From positions 1 through 64,000 of the forward strand of contig JAZJZK010000025.1 in NCBI GenBank assembly GCA_040389905.1: a DNA stretch of 64,000 nucleotides. Direction: 5' to 3'. The position numbers and the translations under genes were made by a program. The notes beneath the pieces were generated by a model, which was not told where the DNA came from, searched no databases, and saw only the letters and a list, made by a program, of their open reading frames with translations. The DNA is from Gemmatimonadota bacterium. GTDB taxonomy: Bacteria > Gemmatimonadota > Gemmatimonadetes > Gemmatimonadales > Gemmatimonadaceae. Below, one piece after another: positions 19,397 to 28,593 of the stretch. Numbering within the stretch: the stretch's first letter is position 1; every line of letters starts with the position of its first letter.

Positions 19397-20698
19397 ATGA
19401 CTGCCACACTAACCTACTCGGCTCTCGGAGGCTTCTCGATGGAGACGCCCGCCGTTGATGGACCGATCGTCCTCGCCACGAAGCCCTTCGATGCGACGGA
19501 ATCACCCTTGGCGATCGCGCGCTGGCTCGCACACCGCGAAGATCGTGAGCTGCATGTGGTGAGTGTGTACGAAGATGAGGTTGACGCCCTGGCCATTGCG
19601 GCCGGGGCGCCGCCCCTCCCGCAGAACTACTACGAAGAGGAGCGCGTCGCCGTCGCGGAGCGCATGCGGGAGGAACTGGAGCGCACGGATGCGATGAACG
19701 TGACGTCGAGGGTCGATGTTGTGAGTGGCCCCTCGGCCCGCGTAATCGTCGACACGGCGCGGGAACGGGACGCACGGATCATCGTCATTGGCACCGGCCG
19801 TCACGACCCGATGGGGCGCTTCCTCTACGGCGAACGGGCGATGCAGATCGTCCGGCTCGCCGACCGTCCCGTTCTGATTGTGCCGCGCGACGCCACGGCG
19901 GGAACGATCAAGCGCGCAGTCGTCGCCGTCGACTTCAGCAGGGCGTCCCTGCGCGCCGCACGTGCTGTGCTGCCGATGCTGTCCTTCGAAGCTGAATTGA
20001 CGCTGCTGCACGTCCGTCCCGCGAAGGCCGTCACCGGGAACGCACGGTCCTCTGCCATCAACGCGCGGTGCGACGAGATGTTTGCGCGCTTTATCGGGCT
20101 GCTCCCACTTCCACCGGGGCTCAAGGTGTCCACGAGGATCGTCTGGGGGGATACCGTCGAGTCGATCGATCTCTACGCCCGGTCGGTCGCCGCGGACATC
20201 GTCGTGTGCGGGCGAGTACAGACACATACGATCGCAGAGCGGGTGCTGGTCGGCAGCATCTCGGCCGGCCTGCTGCGGCGCGTGCATTGCCCCATCCTGA
20301 TTGCGCCGGAGCTTCGGGAAGACGCGCGCGACGATGCGCGGTCGCCGCTGACGGGTGCGGCGTCGTGGGAACGCGCGGATTGGAGCCAGCGGCTGCTCGA
20401 GTTCGGCTACCGAAATGAAGGACGCCGTGTTCGCCTTGGTAGCGAGCTTTCACTGGCAGAAGGTGGGCGCTGCGTCGTCCAGAACTACGTACTGCGCTCG
20501 ATCGCCGTGTATGATGGTGGGCGACTGCACCTCGTGCTCGCGGATCGCGTGCACGAGGGCAACCAGCTGGTAATGAACATGGATGGACTTCAGTCACTCA
20601 TGCTCCAGACGAATGTCGCAGGTGAAGACACGCATCTCGAGTTCACGTATCGTGATGGCAGAGGGACGCTGACACTGGATCCTCGCGAACTGCCGTAG
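19397..20698 (+). CDS. Tandem universal stress protein with extra C-terminal domain
   Basis: Two USP repeats (IIVIG...RPVLIV; VVAVDFS...GSIS..LLRRVHCPILI). Confidence 0.85.
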   Translation: MTATLTYSALGGFSMETPAVDGPIVLATKPFDATESPLAIARWLAHREDRELHVVSVYEDEVDALAIAAGAPPLPQNYYEEERVAVAERMREELERTDAMNVTSRVDVVSGPSARVIVDTARERDARIIVIGTGRHDPMGRFLYGERAMQIVRLADRPVLIVPRDATAGTIKRAVVAVDFSRASLRAARAVLPMLSFEAELTLLHVRPAKAVTGNARSSAINARCDEMFARFIGLLPLPPGLKVSTRIVWGDTVESIDLYARSVAADIVVCGRVQTHTIAERVLVGSISAGLLRRVHCPILIAPELREDARDDARSPLTGAASWERADWSQRLLEFGYRNEGRRVRLGSELSLAEGGRCVVQNYVLRSIAVYDGGRLHLVLADRVHEGNQLVMNMDGLQSLMLQTNVAGEDTHLEFTYRDGRGTLTLDPRELP

Positions 20699-20727
20699 GC
20701 ACCCGGGCGAGAAACACCCGAAGTGTG

Positions 20728-20760
20728 TGGCGCCCCGCGAGCGGGGCGCCATTTCCCGTT
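20728..20760 (+). terminator. Probable intrinsic terminator after the yceI-barrel-usp operon
   Basis: TGGCGCCCCGC-GA-GCGGGGCGCCA hairpin followed by TTTCCCGTT. Confidence 0.6.
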
Positions 20761-20866
20761 CTGCGCGGGCGTTTTGACACTCGCGCGCAATGCGCCCACC
20801 TTGCTAACGTACCTCCTCTTGATTGCCTGGCCCGCTGACGGGCGTCGTGGCCCTTCTGCATTGCCT

Positions 20867-21364
20867 GTGACATCACCACCTCCTGCACATCCCGGCACAC
20901 CGCAGCTCGTCCCGCCGCATCGCGGACCGCCTCGAAGCTGGCTTCAGCGCCGCCGCAGCACGAGTCGCGGACGCTTCGAGTTGGCGATCATCGGCGGTGG
21001 CGCCATCGCGCTTGCGCTCGCTGGAGTGCTTCCCGGGCTGAGTAGTGAGCATGGACTCTGGGTGCTGCTCGGCGCCGGTGTGGTGCTGACATGGCTCGCC
21101 AACATCTCCGGCCTCGTTCCGTCGCTCACGGCGGCGTTCTTCGCTCCGTTCGTCGTCGCGCTGACGGATCCGATGTGGACCCTCGGCTCGAGCATCGCGG
21201 ACTACACGCTCGGGAGCGAGACGTCGGCCACCTTCGCCGTGTTCGTGATGTCGGCGTTGATCGGTTCGGGATTTCGCCAAGCACGCCGCGCGCGACGGCG
21301 GCGCCAGACGCGGAGTCTCTGGCGGGCACGCCCGCAGCGGAAATCGGATAGCATGATGCTGTAG
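20867..21364 (+). CDS. Hypothetical membrane protein (about 4 TM)
   Basis: Hydrophobic helices and an Arg-rich tail; start uncertain. Confidence 0.55.
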   Translation: MTSPPPAHPGTPQLVPPHRGPPRSWLQRRRSTSRGRFELAIIGGGAIALALAGVLPGLSSEHGLWVLLGAGVVLTWLANISGLVPSLTAAFFAPFVVALTDPMWTLGSSIADYTLGSETSATFAVFVMSALIGSGFRQARRARRRRQTRSLWRARPQRKSDSMML

Positions 21365-21486
21365 CGGTGCTCCGCTGTACCCGTTTTGCCGTGCGGAATC
21401 AGCATGAACGATCCAAACAACATCGCAGGAGAATCTAACCGCAGAGGTCGCTGCGGATCTTAGTGGTCTGCAGACGGCACAACCAA

Positions 21487-21553
21487 TGAACCACAGAGGT
21501 CACAGAGAAACACTCACGTTGTTCTCCGTGTCCTCTGTGTCCTCTGTGGTTCA
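21487..21553. repeat. Palindromic repeat family A (ACC(A/G)CAGAGG tandem-unit inverted repeat)
   Basis: tgaaccacagaggtcacagag...ctccgtgtcctctgtgtcctctgtggttca. Confidence 0.85.
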
Positions 21554-21621
21554 AGGTTCTTCTGCAGTTCCTAAATAGTGGCCGTCCTGAAACTGCCATT
21601 TCTGGAGCGCACCATCATGGA

Positions 21622-21649
21622 TGTCATCCCGAGCTCACTCGGGGTGACA
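21622..21649. repeat. Palindromic repeat family B, minimal copy (TGTCATCCCGAG...CTCGGGGTGACA)
   Basis: Same termini as the copies at 35042 and 41461. Confidence 0.75.
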
Positions 21650-21686
21650 AACCTCCTGGTATCGATACTGGCGAAACACGCAGTAG

Positions 21687-22175
21687 CTATTGCCCCCGCT
21701 CGAATTCATCAGCCGAACCGCTGTCGCGTGATACCATGGTCTCCTCCGGCGCGCGCGACCACCGGCGCACGGCGAGCAGGATCGCAATGGCGCCGAGGAT
21801 CACCACTGCCACCGGGAGTGCGTACACCACGATGTTGAACCCGCTCGGCTTGGGAGCCAGGAGGATCCACTCACCGTATTTCGAGACGAAGTACGCCTTG
21901 ACCTCGTCCGGCGTTTTCCCCTGCGCGAGTTGTTCGCGAACGACGGCGCGCATGGACTGCGACAGCTCTGACGGCGAATCCTGGATCGAGAGACCCTGAC
22001 ACACGGGACACCGCAACTGCGACGCTACGGCAGACGTCCGCGCCTCGAGCGCCGAGTCACGCGGCTGGGACGGTATGGTGGTGGCGGAGTCCTGCGCGTA
22101 TGCCGCCCGCGCGGGCGCGGCAGAGAGCGCAAGCGCGAAGGCGATGACGCCAACGTTGCGAAGGCGAAGCATCAT
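21687..22175 (-). CDS. ccmH: Cytochrome c maturation protein CcmH (CycL)
   Basis: LRCPVCQGLSIQDS and YFVSKYGEWILLAP. Confidence 0.93.
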   Translation of the reverse strand: MMLRLRNVGVIAFALALSAAPARAAYAQDSATTIPSQPRDSALEARTSAVASQLRCPVCQGLSIQDSPSELSQSMRAVVREQLAQGKTPDEVKAYFVSKYGEWILLAPKPSGFNIVVYALPVAVVILGAIAILLAVRRWSRAPEETMVSRDSGSADEFERGQ

Positions 22176-22753
22176 GGCGCGGTCGCCGGCCTCGCGGCCG
22201 CGGCAACGAGGAGCGAGTCGACGATGTGGGCGAGCGCCGCGGCGTCCGCCGGGCCGGTGATCTTGTGCGCGATCTGTCCGTCGGCACTCACGATGAACGT
22301 TTCCGGCACGCCGTAGAGACCGTAGTCGATCGCGGTGTACGACTTGGGATCAGTCACCGATGGATAACTCTGTCCGCCCATCTGCGCGATCCACTCCGTG
22401 CCGGCACTCGGGCGATCCTGATACAGGGAACCGACGAACTGCACCGGTTTTCCAACGTACGTTCGCGCAACCGCGGAGAGCGCGGAATGCTCATCGCGGC
22501 ACGCCAGGCACCACGACGCCCAGAAGTTGAGTACCACCACCTTTCCGCGCAGGTCCGCCAGGCGAATGGTGTCACCGACGGGGCGCGCAAGAGGCGGCTG
22601 GCCTGGCGCAAACACTTCTCGCACGAATGGCGGCGCTGGGTGTCCCGGGAGTGGTGACGGAATGTCCTTCGGATCATGCTTCAGCCCAAAAATGAACAGG
22701 GCGATAAGTGGAAGGCCGAAGAGTGCGGCAATGACACTGCGACGCCAGTTCAT
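22172..22753 (-). CDS. ccmG: CcmG/DsbE thiol-disulfide oxidoreductase
   Basis: VLNFWASWCLAC, YGLYGVPETF; ATG 22753 overlaps the ccmF stop. Confidence 0.92.
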   Translation of the reverse strand: MNWRRSVIAALFGLPLIALFIFGLKHDPKDIPSPLPGHPAPPFVREVFAPGQPPLARPVGDTIRLADLRGKVVVLNFWASWCLACRDEHSALSAVARTYVGKPVQFVGSLYQDRPSAGTEWIAQMGGQSYPSVTDPKSYTAIDYGLYGVPETFIVSADGQIAHKITGPADAAALAHIVDSLLVAAAARPATAP

Positions 22754-24756
22754 GCCGCGCCTTCCTGCGGAAGAATGACTCCCGCGATCGGCTCGGCGAT
22801 GACCCCACGCCGGCGCGCGCCCGGCCACGCGCCGATGATTGCGCCAAGGACCACGACGCCGCCGCCAAACCAGATCCACGGCACGAGCGGTTCGAAGATC
22901 GCTTTGATGGTGGCGCTACTTCCATCGGGACGAATGGCCATCACATTGAGATAGAAGTCGCCGGTGATGCCGCTTCGGACCGCGGGCGTTGGCACCGGCT
23001 GCTGCGATGTTGGATAGAAATTCATCCGCGGCTCCATCGTCCCGATGACCCGCGTGCCGTCCATGATTTCCATCGTGGCGCCAACGACCGAGCGCTGTGG
23101 CTCCTCGCGGCCCCACAACTGCTTGAGGCGCGCCGTGCGCCCCGACACGGTGATCGATTCGCCTGGCTTCATCGTGCCTTCGGTCTCCGCGCGCAGCGAC
23201 GAGGACGCTGTAATCCCGAGCGCGACGATGAACACGCCAAGGTGCGCGATATAGCCGCCGTACCGTCGCCGGTTTCCGGCGATCACGCGCACGAGTGCAA
23301 GGAGCCAGTTCTCACCGTGCGCCGCATGGCGCGCGCGCGCGCCGAACCAGAATTCGCGGACATTCGCGGCCGCGGAATACCCGACGAAGGTGAAGGCGAG
23401 GAATCCGTAGAAGTTGTGGATGCCCATGGCGATGGCGATGATCGCCATCACCGCCGCTCCGGCAATTGGCGGAAGGAGCTTTGCGCGCAGTTCCTCGCGC
23501 GTTGTGCTCTTCCACGGCAGCGCCGGTCCGACACCCATGAGGAACAGGAGCGCCACGATCATCGGCAGCGACATGCGGTTGAAGAACGGCGTGCCGACAC
23601 TGACCTTCACGCCGCGGACGGCTTCGGCGACGAGGGGAAACAGCGTGCCGACCAGTACGGTCAGCATGAATGCCGTGAGGAACAGGTTGTTGAACAGGAA
23701 GATGGTCTCGCGCGACACCATCGCATCGATCCGCCCGGTGGTGCGCAAGCGATCCGACGTTCCCGCCACCAATGCGAGCGTAGAGATCAACACCAGGGTG
23801 ATGAACGCGAGAAAGTAGTAGCCAATCGTACCCGTGGTGAATGCGTGCACGGACGAGATGATTCCGGAGCGGGTGAGGAACGTGCCAAGAATCGTGAGCA
23901 CGAACGTGCCGACGACCAGGTTGATGTTCCACAACCGCAGCATGCTCCGGCGCTCCTGCACCATCGCGGAATGGAGAAAGGCCGTCGCGGTGAGCCACGG
24001 GAGAAATGACGCATTCTCGACGGGATCCCACGCCCAGTACCCGCCCCACCCGAGCACCTCGTACGACCACCACATGCCGGCGATGATCGCCGCGGAGAGG
24101 AATCCCCACGTGAGCACGGTCCAGTTGCGCGTGATCCGGATCCAGTCATTCGATTCCGCCTCGCGCGAGAGCAGTGCACCCACGGCGAAGGCGAAGGGAA
24201 CGCTCATGCCCACGTAGCCGAGGTACAGGAGTGGCGGATGCACACCCATGAGGATGTGGTTCTGCAGCAGCGGATTCGGGCCGGGCCCATCGGGCGGCAC
24301 CGGGAACACCGCCTGGAATGGATCGGCCGGACCAACCAGCAGAATCGCGAAGAAGAGCGACACAGCGAGAAGGACCATCCCCGCGTACGGCACGAGATCG
24401 CCCGGGCGACTGCGGTTCACGGCGATCACGACGATCGAATAGAACGCGAGCACCCACGCCCAGAAGAGAATCGACCCCTCGAGCGCGCCCCACAACGAAA
24501 TGATCGTGTAGAACAGCGGCGTCGCTCGGCTGCCCACCTGCGCGACATATGACACCGAGAAGTCGTGCGTCACCAATGCGACGAGCATCGCGACCACGGC
24601 CGCCGACACGAGAAGAAAGTTCGCGTAGATGGATCCGTACGCCACCGCGACGAGGTCAGCGCGTCCTCGGCGCACCGCCAACGGCATGAGGATCATCCCG
24701 AGCGCGAGGAACGGCAGGGACACGAGCAGTGCCGAGTGACCGACAAGACCGTTCAC
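22750..24756 (-). CDS. ccmF: Heme lyase CcmF
   Basis: WGGYWAWDPVENASFLPW, NPLLQN...HPP, SVHAF; GTG 24756 overlaps the ccmE stop. Confidence 0.95.
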   Translation of the reverse strand: MNGLVGHSALLVSLPFLALGMILMPLAVRRGRADLVAVAYGSIYANFLLVSAAVVAMLVALVTHDFSVSYVAQVGSRATPLFYTIISLWGALEGSILFWAWVLAFYSIVVIAVNRSRPGDLVPYAGMVLLAVSLFFAILLVGPADPFQAVFPVPPDGPGPNPLLQNHILMGVHPPLLYLGYVGMSVPFAFAVGALLSREAESNDWIRITRNWTVLTWGFLSAAIIAGMWWSYEVLGWGGYWAWDPVENASFLPWLTATAFLHSAMVQERRSMLRLWNINLVVGTFVLTILGTFLTRSGIISSVHAFTTGTIGYYFLAFITLVLISTLALVAGTSDRLRTTGRIDAMVSRETIFLFNNLFLTAFMLTVLVGTLFPLVAEAVRGVKVSVGTPFFNRMSLPMIVALLFLMGVGPALPWKSTTREELRAKLLPPIAGAAVMAIIAIAMGIHNFYGFLAFTFVGYSAAANVREFWFGARARHAAHGENWLLALVRVIAGNRRRYGGYIAHLGVFIVALGITASSSLRAETEGTMKPGESITVSGRTARLKQLWGREEPQRSVVGATMEIMDGTRVIGTMEPRMNFYPTSQQPVPTPAVRSGITGDFYLNVMAIRPDGSSATIKAIFEPLVPWIWFGGGVVVLGAIIGAWPGARRRGVIAEPIAGVILPQEGAA

Positions 24757-25205
24757 GAACCAGCTCCCTTCTTCATGAGCGTCTTGTACATCGCCTGCGG
24801 CGTTTCGCCCGGCTTCGGCGCGCGGTATTCGTTCGAATGCTTGACGATGAGATTCGTCGAGTTGAATACGCCGTCGCGATGATAGCGTCCTTCCACCACC
24901 ACACCCATGCCGTCGCGGAACATCTGTGGCGGCGCGCCGCGCGAGTGCACCGGAATGTCTCCCGAGCCATCGGTGACCGTGAACGACAGAGCGAGTGACG
25001 CGTCGTCCCACTTCACCGTACCCGGCTTCACCTGCCCGCCGAGACGTACGGGCACGTCGACACCCTCAACGCCCTTGGCGAGCAGCTCCTTGGGCGTAAG
25101 GAAGTACACGACATTCTGGTCGAGACCACCATAGATCAGGTAGCCGAACGCCAACACGATCACGGCGATGCCGCCGATGAGGACCTGCTTGTTCTTTCGG
25201 GTCAT
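24753..25205 (-). CDS. ccmE: Heme chaperone CcmE
   Basis: YFLTPKE, VRLGGQV, PQMFRDG, heme-binding HSNEY (HxxxY). Confidence 0.95.
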   Translation of the reverse strand: MTRKNKQVLIGGIAVIVLAFGYLIYGGLDQNVVYFLTPKELLAKGVEGVDVPVRLGGQVKPGTVKWDDASLALSFTVTDGSGDIPVHSRGAPPQMFRDGMGVVVEGRYHRDGVFNSTNLIVKHSNEYRAPKPGETPQAMYKTLMKKGAGS

Positions 25206-25357
25206 GGTGCCGCTGAGCTCCGCATGGTATTGGCCGAGTCGAGCAGGACTCGCGCGGCGCGCAGCTTTCGCTGCACCCGCAGGAAGTATCCCACCAGTAC
25301 GGCCCAGGTCACCGCGAACGCGGCGCCCACGAATATCCAGTTGTTCGCGCTACTCAC
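25202..25357 (-). CDS. ccmD: CcmD (51 aa; not in the supplied ORF track)
   Basis: Hand translation MSSANNWIFVGAAFAVTWAVLVGYFLRVQRKLRAARVLLDSANTMRSSAAP; 4-bp overlaps with both ccmC and ccmE. Confidence 0.85.
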   Translation of the reverse strand: MSSANNWIFVGAAFAVTWAVLVGYFLRVQRKLRAARVLLDSANTMRSSAAP

Positions 25358-26067
25358 TGTACGACTCCCAGCGCCGCGGCTTCCGACGCGTGTTCGGCCG
25401 CGCGCTCCATCAGCGCGGCATCATATCGGCGACGAATGAAATAGATCATGACGAACAGGAACGCGAACGCGTTCAGCCGCAGGCCGATGACGTACGCTGG
25501 ATCCACCGTCGATGGACTGGATTGAATCTGGTGGATCGTACGCCACCATCGGACGGACATGTAGACGATCGGGACATTCAGCGCCCCCATGATCCCCACA
25601 GCCGCGCTCCACTGCGCACGCTGCTCGCGATCGTCGATGAGGGCCCGCACCGACAGATACCCGGCGAGAATCAGGAAGAGCACGAGGGTCGACGTGAGCC
25701 GGGCGTCCCACGTCCACCAGATGCCCCACGTCGGACGCGCCCAGAGCATGCCGAGCATCAGCGTGAGCCCGGCGAACGCCACGGCAACCTCCGCCGCCGA
25801 CGACGCGAGAAGATCATCCTCTTCCCGCTTCCTGAACAGGTAGCGCACGGAAAAGAACAGCACCGTGAGTGGCGCCAACATGGTCATCCACGCCGCCGGC
25901 ACGTGCACGTACATGATTTTCTGCAAATCACCCATGTCTCGGTCGGGAGGCGAGATCAGGATGGCCGTGATCTGCGACGCAATGAGAAACAGCAGCGCAA
26001 ACCAGCCGAAGAACTGGCGGCGTTCGCGCGGAACCTGGACTGTGGACACAGTCGCCACACCTGCCAT
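25354..26067 (-). CDS. ccmC: Heme exporter CcmC
   Basis: YVHVPAAW, WARPTWGIWWTWDARLT, WWRTIHQ. Confidence 0.95.
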   Translation of the reverse strand: MAGVATVSTVQVPRERRQFFGWFALLFLIASQITAILISPPDRDMGDLQKIMYVHVPAAWMTMLAPLTVLFFSVRYLFRKREEDDLLASSAAEVAVAFAGLTLMLGMLWARPTWGIWWTWDARLTSTLVLFLILAGYLSVRALIDDREQRAQWSAAVGIMGALNVPIVYMSVRWWRTIHQIQSSPSTVDPAYVIGLRLNAFAFLFVMIYFIRRRYDAALMERAAEHASEAAALGVVQ

Positions 26068-26071
26068 GGCG

Positions 26072-26758
26072 CTATACCTCGATGACGGATTCGAACACAA
26101 GGAACGTGGCCGTGAGAAAGATCACGTCGAACACGATGAGCAACCGCGCCCATGCTCCCGCATCTCCCATCACGTTGCTGCCGAGCAACGCCTTGGTGGC
26201 TTCCATGGCCGCGAGAAGTACCGGGACGAGCATCGGAAACAACAACAAGGGAAGCAACACGTCGCGGGCACGGCTCCGGCTCGCCATGGCGGCGTAGAAG
26301 GTGCCGAGCGTGACGAGGCCGAGTGCGCCGAGAAACAAAATGGCGATGAGTGCCGGCCATTGCGCCGGAATTCGCACCTGGAAGAGCACGATCCCCACCG
26401 CGACGACCACCACCAACATGAGTCCGACGAACACGAAATTCGCGAGCAGCTTTCCCGCGAATATGGCTCGGCGCGAACCCGGATAGAGCACGAGTTGCTC
26501 CAGCGCGCCCCCGTCCAGTTCCATCTGATACGAGCGGTTGAATGCCAGCACACCAGCGAACAACGCGGCGAGCCAGATTGCCCCGGCGGCAGCGTTGCGA
26601 ATCGCCTCCGCATCGGGCCCCAGGGCAAAGCCGAGCATCACCAGAATGGTCACGGCCAAGGTGACCACGCCGTTGAACTGCGCCTTCGAGCGCCGCTCCG
26701 CCGTGAGATCCTTCCACGCGATCGCCCGCGCCCGCCGCCACTCCTTTCGCAGACTCAT
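26072..26758 (-). CDS. ccmB: Heme exporter permease CcmB
   Basis: KDLTAERRS, LLPLLLFPMLVP; six TM. Confidence 0.93.
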   Translation of the reverse strand: MSLRKEWRRARAIAWKDLTAERRSKAQFNGVVTLAVTILVMLGFALGPDAEAIRNAAAGAIWLAALFAGVLAFNRSYQMELDGGALEQLVLYPGSRRAIFAGKLLANFVFVGLMLVVVVAVGIVLFQVRIPAQWPALIAILFLGALGLVTLGTFYAAMASRSRARDVLLPLLLFPMLVPVLLAAMEATKALLGSNVMGDAGAWARLLIVFDVIFLTATFLVFESVIEV

Positions 26759-27450
26759 TTCCCGCCCGCGGCAAGAGACAGATGCGCGGCACGCTCGGCC
26801 TCGATGCGCCCATCGACGATCGTCACGGTGCGATGGAGGACGTTCGCCGCGGGCGCGAGCTCATGAAGCACCACCAGCGCGGCAGCCCCGTCCGCGACCC
26901 ATTCGGCGATGAGAGCATTCATCAGTTGGATACCCTCCGGGTCGAGATTGCTGTACGGCTCGTCGAGCAGGAGCACGCGCGGTCGCATCAGGATGAGACG
27001 AGCCAGTGCGAGCCGCCGTTGCATCCCGGCGGAGAGACCGCGTACTTGACGCTCCGCTGCGGCCATAAGACCCACTCGATCGAGGACGGATTCGATGTCC
27101 GACTCGGCGCGGTCGAGCATCGTCGCGGCAAAGGCGATGTTCTCGCGCGCAGTGAGATCCGCGTACAAGGCTGGCGAATGCGCGAGAAACCCAACCTGTG
27201 ACCGCACATCGTGTGAGGCACGCACCACGTCGTGCCCAGCGATGCGCGCGGTCCCGGCGTGCGGACGCAACAGCGTGGACAGAATGCGGAGGAGCGTACT
27301 CTTGCCGCTTCCATTGGCGCCCAGCAATCCCACGACTTCACCCGGCGCAACACGGAGCGTTACACCACGGAGAACCCACGTGGTGCCGAATCGCCGCGCA
27401 ACACCCGTGGCATCGATCGCGGCGAGGGGTGTGCCGCTCGCTTCACTCAC
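26755..27450 (-). CDS. ccmA: Heme ABC exporter ATPase CcmA
   Basis: GANGSGKS, LSAGMQRRLALAR, LLDEP; adjacent to ccmB. Confidence 0.92.
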   Translation of the reverse strand: MSEASGTPLAAIDATGVARRFGTTWVLRGVTLRVAPGEVVGLLGANGSGKSTLLRILSTLLRPHAGTARIAGHDVVRASHDVRSQVGFLAHSPALYADLTARENIAFAATMLDRAESDIESVLDRVGLMAAAERQVRGLSAGMQRRLALARLILMRPRVLLLDEPYSNLDPEGIQLMNALIAEWVADGAAALVVLHELAPAANVLHRTVTIVDGRIEAERAAHLSLAAGGK

Positions 27451-28127
27451 CGCGCCGCGGAGGATTTCGCGATCGCATCATCGATGTCCCGCGCATGTTC
27501 AGCGTACTCCTTGAGCGCCGAACGTTCGGTTGGCGCGGAGGCGACAAGTTGCTTGCGGTACTTCGCTGCCGCGGTCTGGTCACCTGCGACCTCTGCTCCG
27601 CGAATCGCCAGGACGAGACCGAGCAGATGCGTCGCCCGCCCCGCGAGAATCGTGTCCGCTTCGGCACGAGCGCGTTTCGTGTCGCCGACGGCGGCCGAGA
27701 TCACGCCGATGTCGTACCGAGCGTGCGCATCGACGGGGCCGATCATTTCGTACGCCTGAATGGCCATCGGCGCAAAGAAGCGCGCACTGTCCAGCTTTCC
27801 TTGCTCGCTGTAGAGCATGACCCGGTTGAACAGCCTGTTCGCACGTTCCTCCGGGGACATCGCCGAGATGTCCGGTGCCGCGGGAGCCCCTGACATCGCC
27901 GAGAGCGGCTGCGTGGATTGTTCGGAGCTTGCTGTATCGGGCTGAGCGCGCCGGCCACTGGCAAAACCTGCCACAAAGGCCACGAGCGCGATGAGCGCGG
28001 CACCGCCGACCAGCCATGGGAGTCGCTCCGTGCGGGGCGCATTGTCGGCACCGCAGGTCGAACAGAAGCGGCCCGCGACAGGCTGGCCGCACCGGCGGCA
28101 CCGGACTTCGGGTAGTTGATCTGACAT
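27447..28127 (-). CDS. Zinc-ribbon + TM + TPR-like protein (possible CcmI/CycH analogue)
   Basis: CRRC...FCSTCG, a TM helix, then a helical periplasmic domain; directly upstream of ccmA. Confidence 0.62.
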   Translation of the reverse strand: MSDQLPEVRCRRCGQPVAGRFCSTCGADNAPRTERLPWLVGGAALIALVAFVAGFASGRRAQPDTASSEQSTQPLSAMSGAPAAPDISAMSPEERANRLFNRVMLYSEQGKLDSARFFAPMAIQAYEMIGPVDAHARYDIGVISAAVGDTKRARAEADTILAGRATHLLGLVLAIRGAEVAGDQTAAAKYRKQLVASAPTERSALKEYAEHARDIDDAIAKSSAAR

Positions 28128-28573
28128 CAGCTGCTCATCGCCTTCTTGCGGATGACTTCGTGAACTCGGCCCAGCACGGAATCCTTCAAGGTATGCGGCG
28201 CGGGTGCCAGCGGTCCATTCCGCCGGCGAATATCCGCAAGGGCGCTGTCGGCCATCGGCGTGTTTTTCGTGGCCCGCGCCACCATGTAGATGCCGAAGAA
28301 TGGCGCCGCATGCTGGGGCGCCAACGCCGACGCGGAACGGTACTTCTCCAGCGCAGCGGGATAGTCCTTCCTGCGAAACAACGCGTTTCCGCTGTCGAGT
28401 TCCGCCTTGGCGGCCGGGCCGATCAGGCCGTGCGCCGCGGCGGCGGCGCCGGCACTGTCCCCTCGGGCGATCTCGCCCAATGGCACCTTGGGGGCTTCCT
28501 GCCCGGAGCACGCGAGCGAAGCGGCGGCGAATGCCACCGCAACAACCCTGCGCCGCGCGAACGACCGAATCAT
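28127..28573 (-). CDS. TPR-containing lipoprotein
   Basis: Lipobox SLAC; GNALFRRKDYPAALEKYRSA TPR. Confidence 0.7.
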   Translation of the reverse strand: MIRSFARRRVVAVAFAAASLACSGQEAPKVPLGEIARGDSAGAAAAAHGLIGPAAKAELDSGNALFRRKDYPAALEKYRSASALAPQHAAPFFGIYMVARATKNTPMADSALADIRRRNGPLAPAPHTLKDSVLGRVHEVIRKKAMSS

Positions 28574-28593
28574 GGCTTCCTCATGGACGCCGC

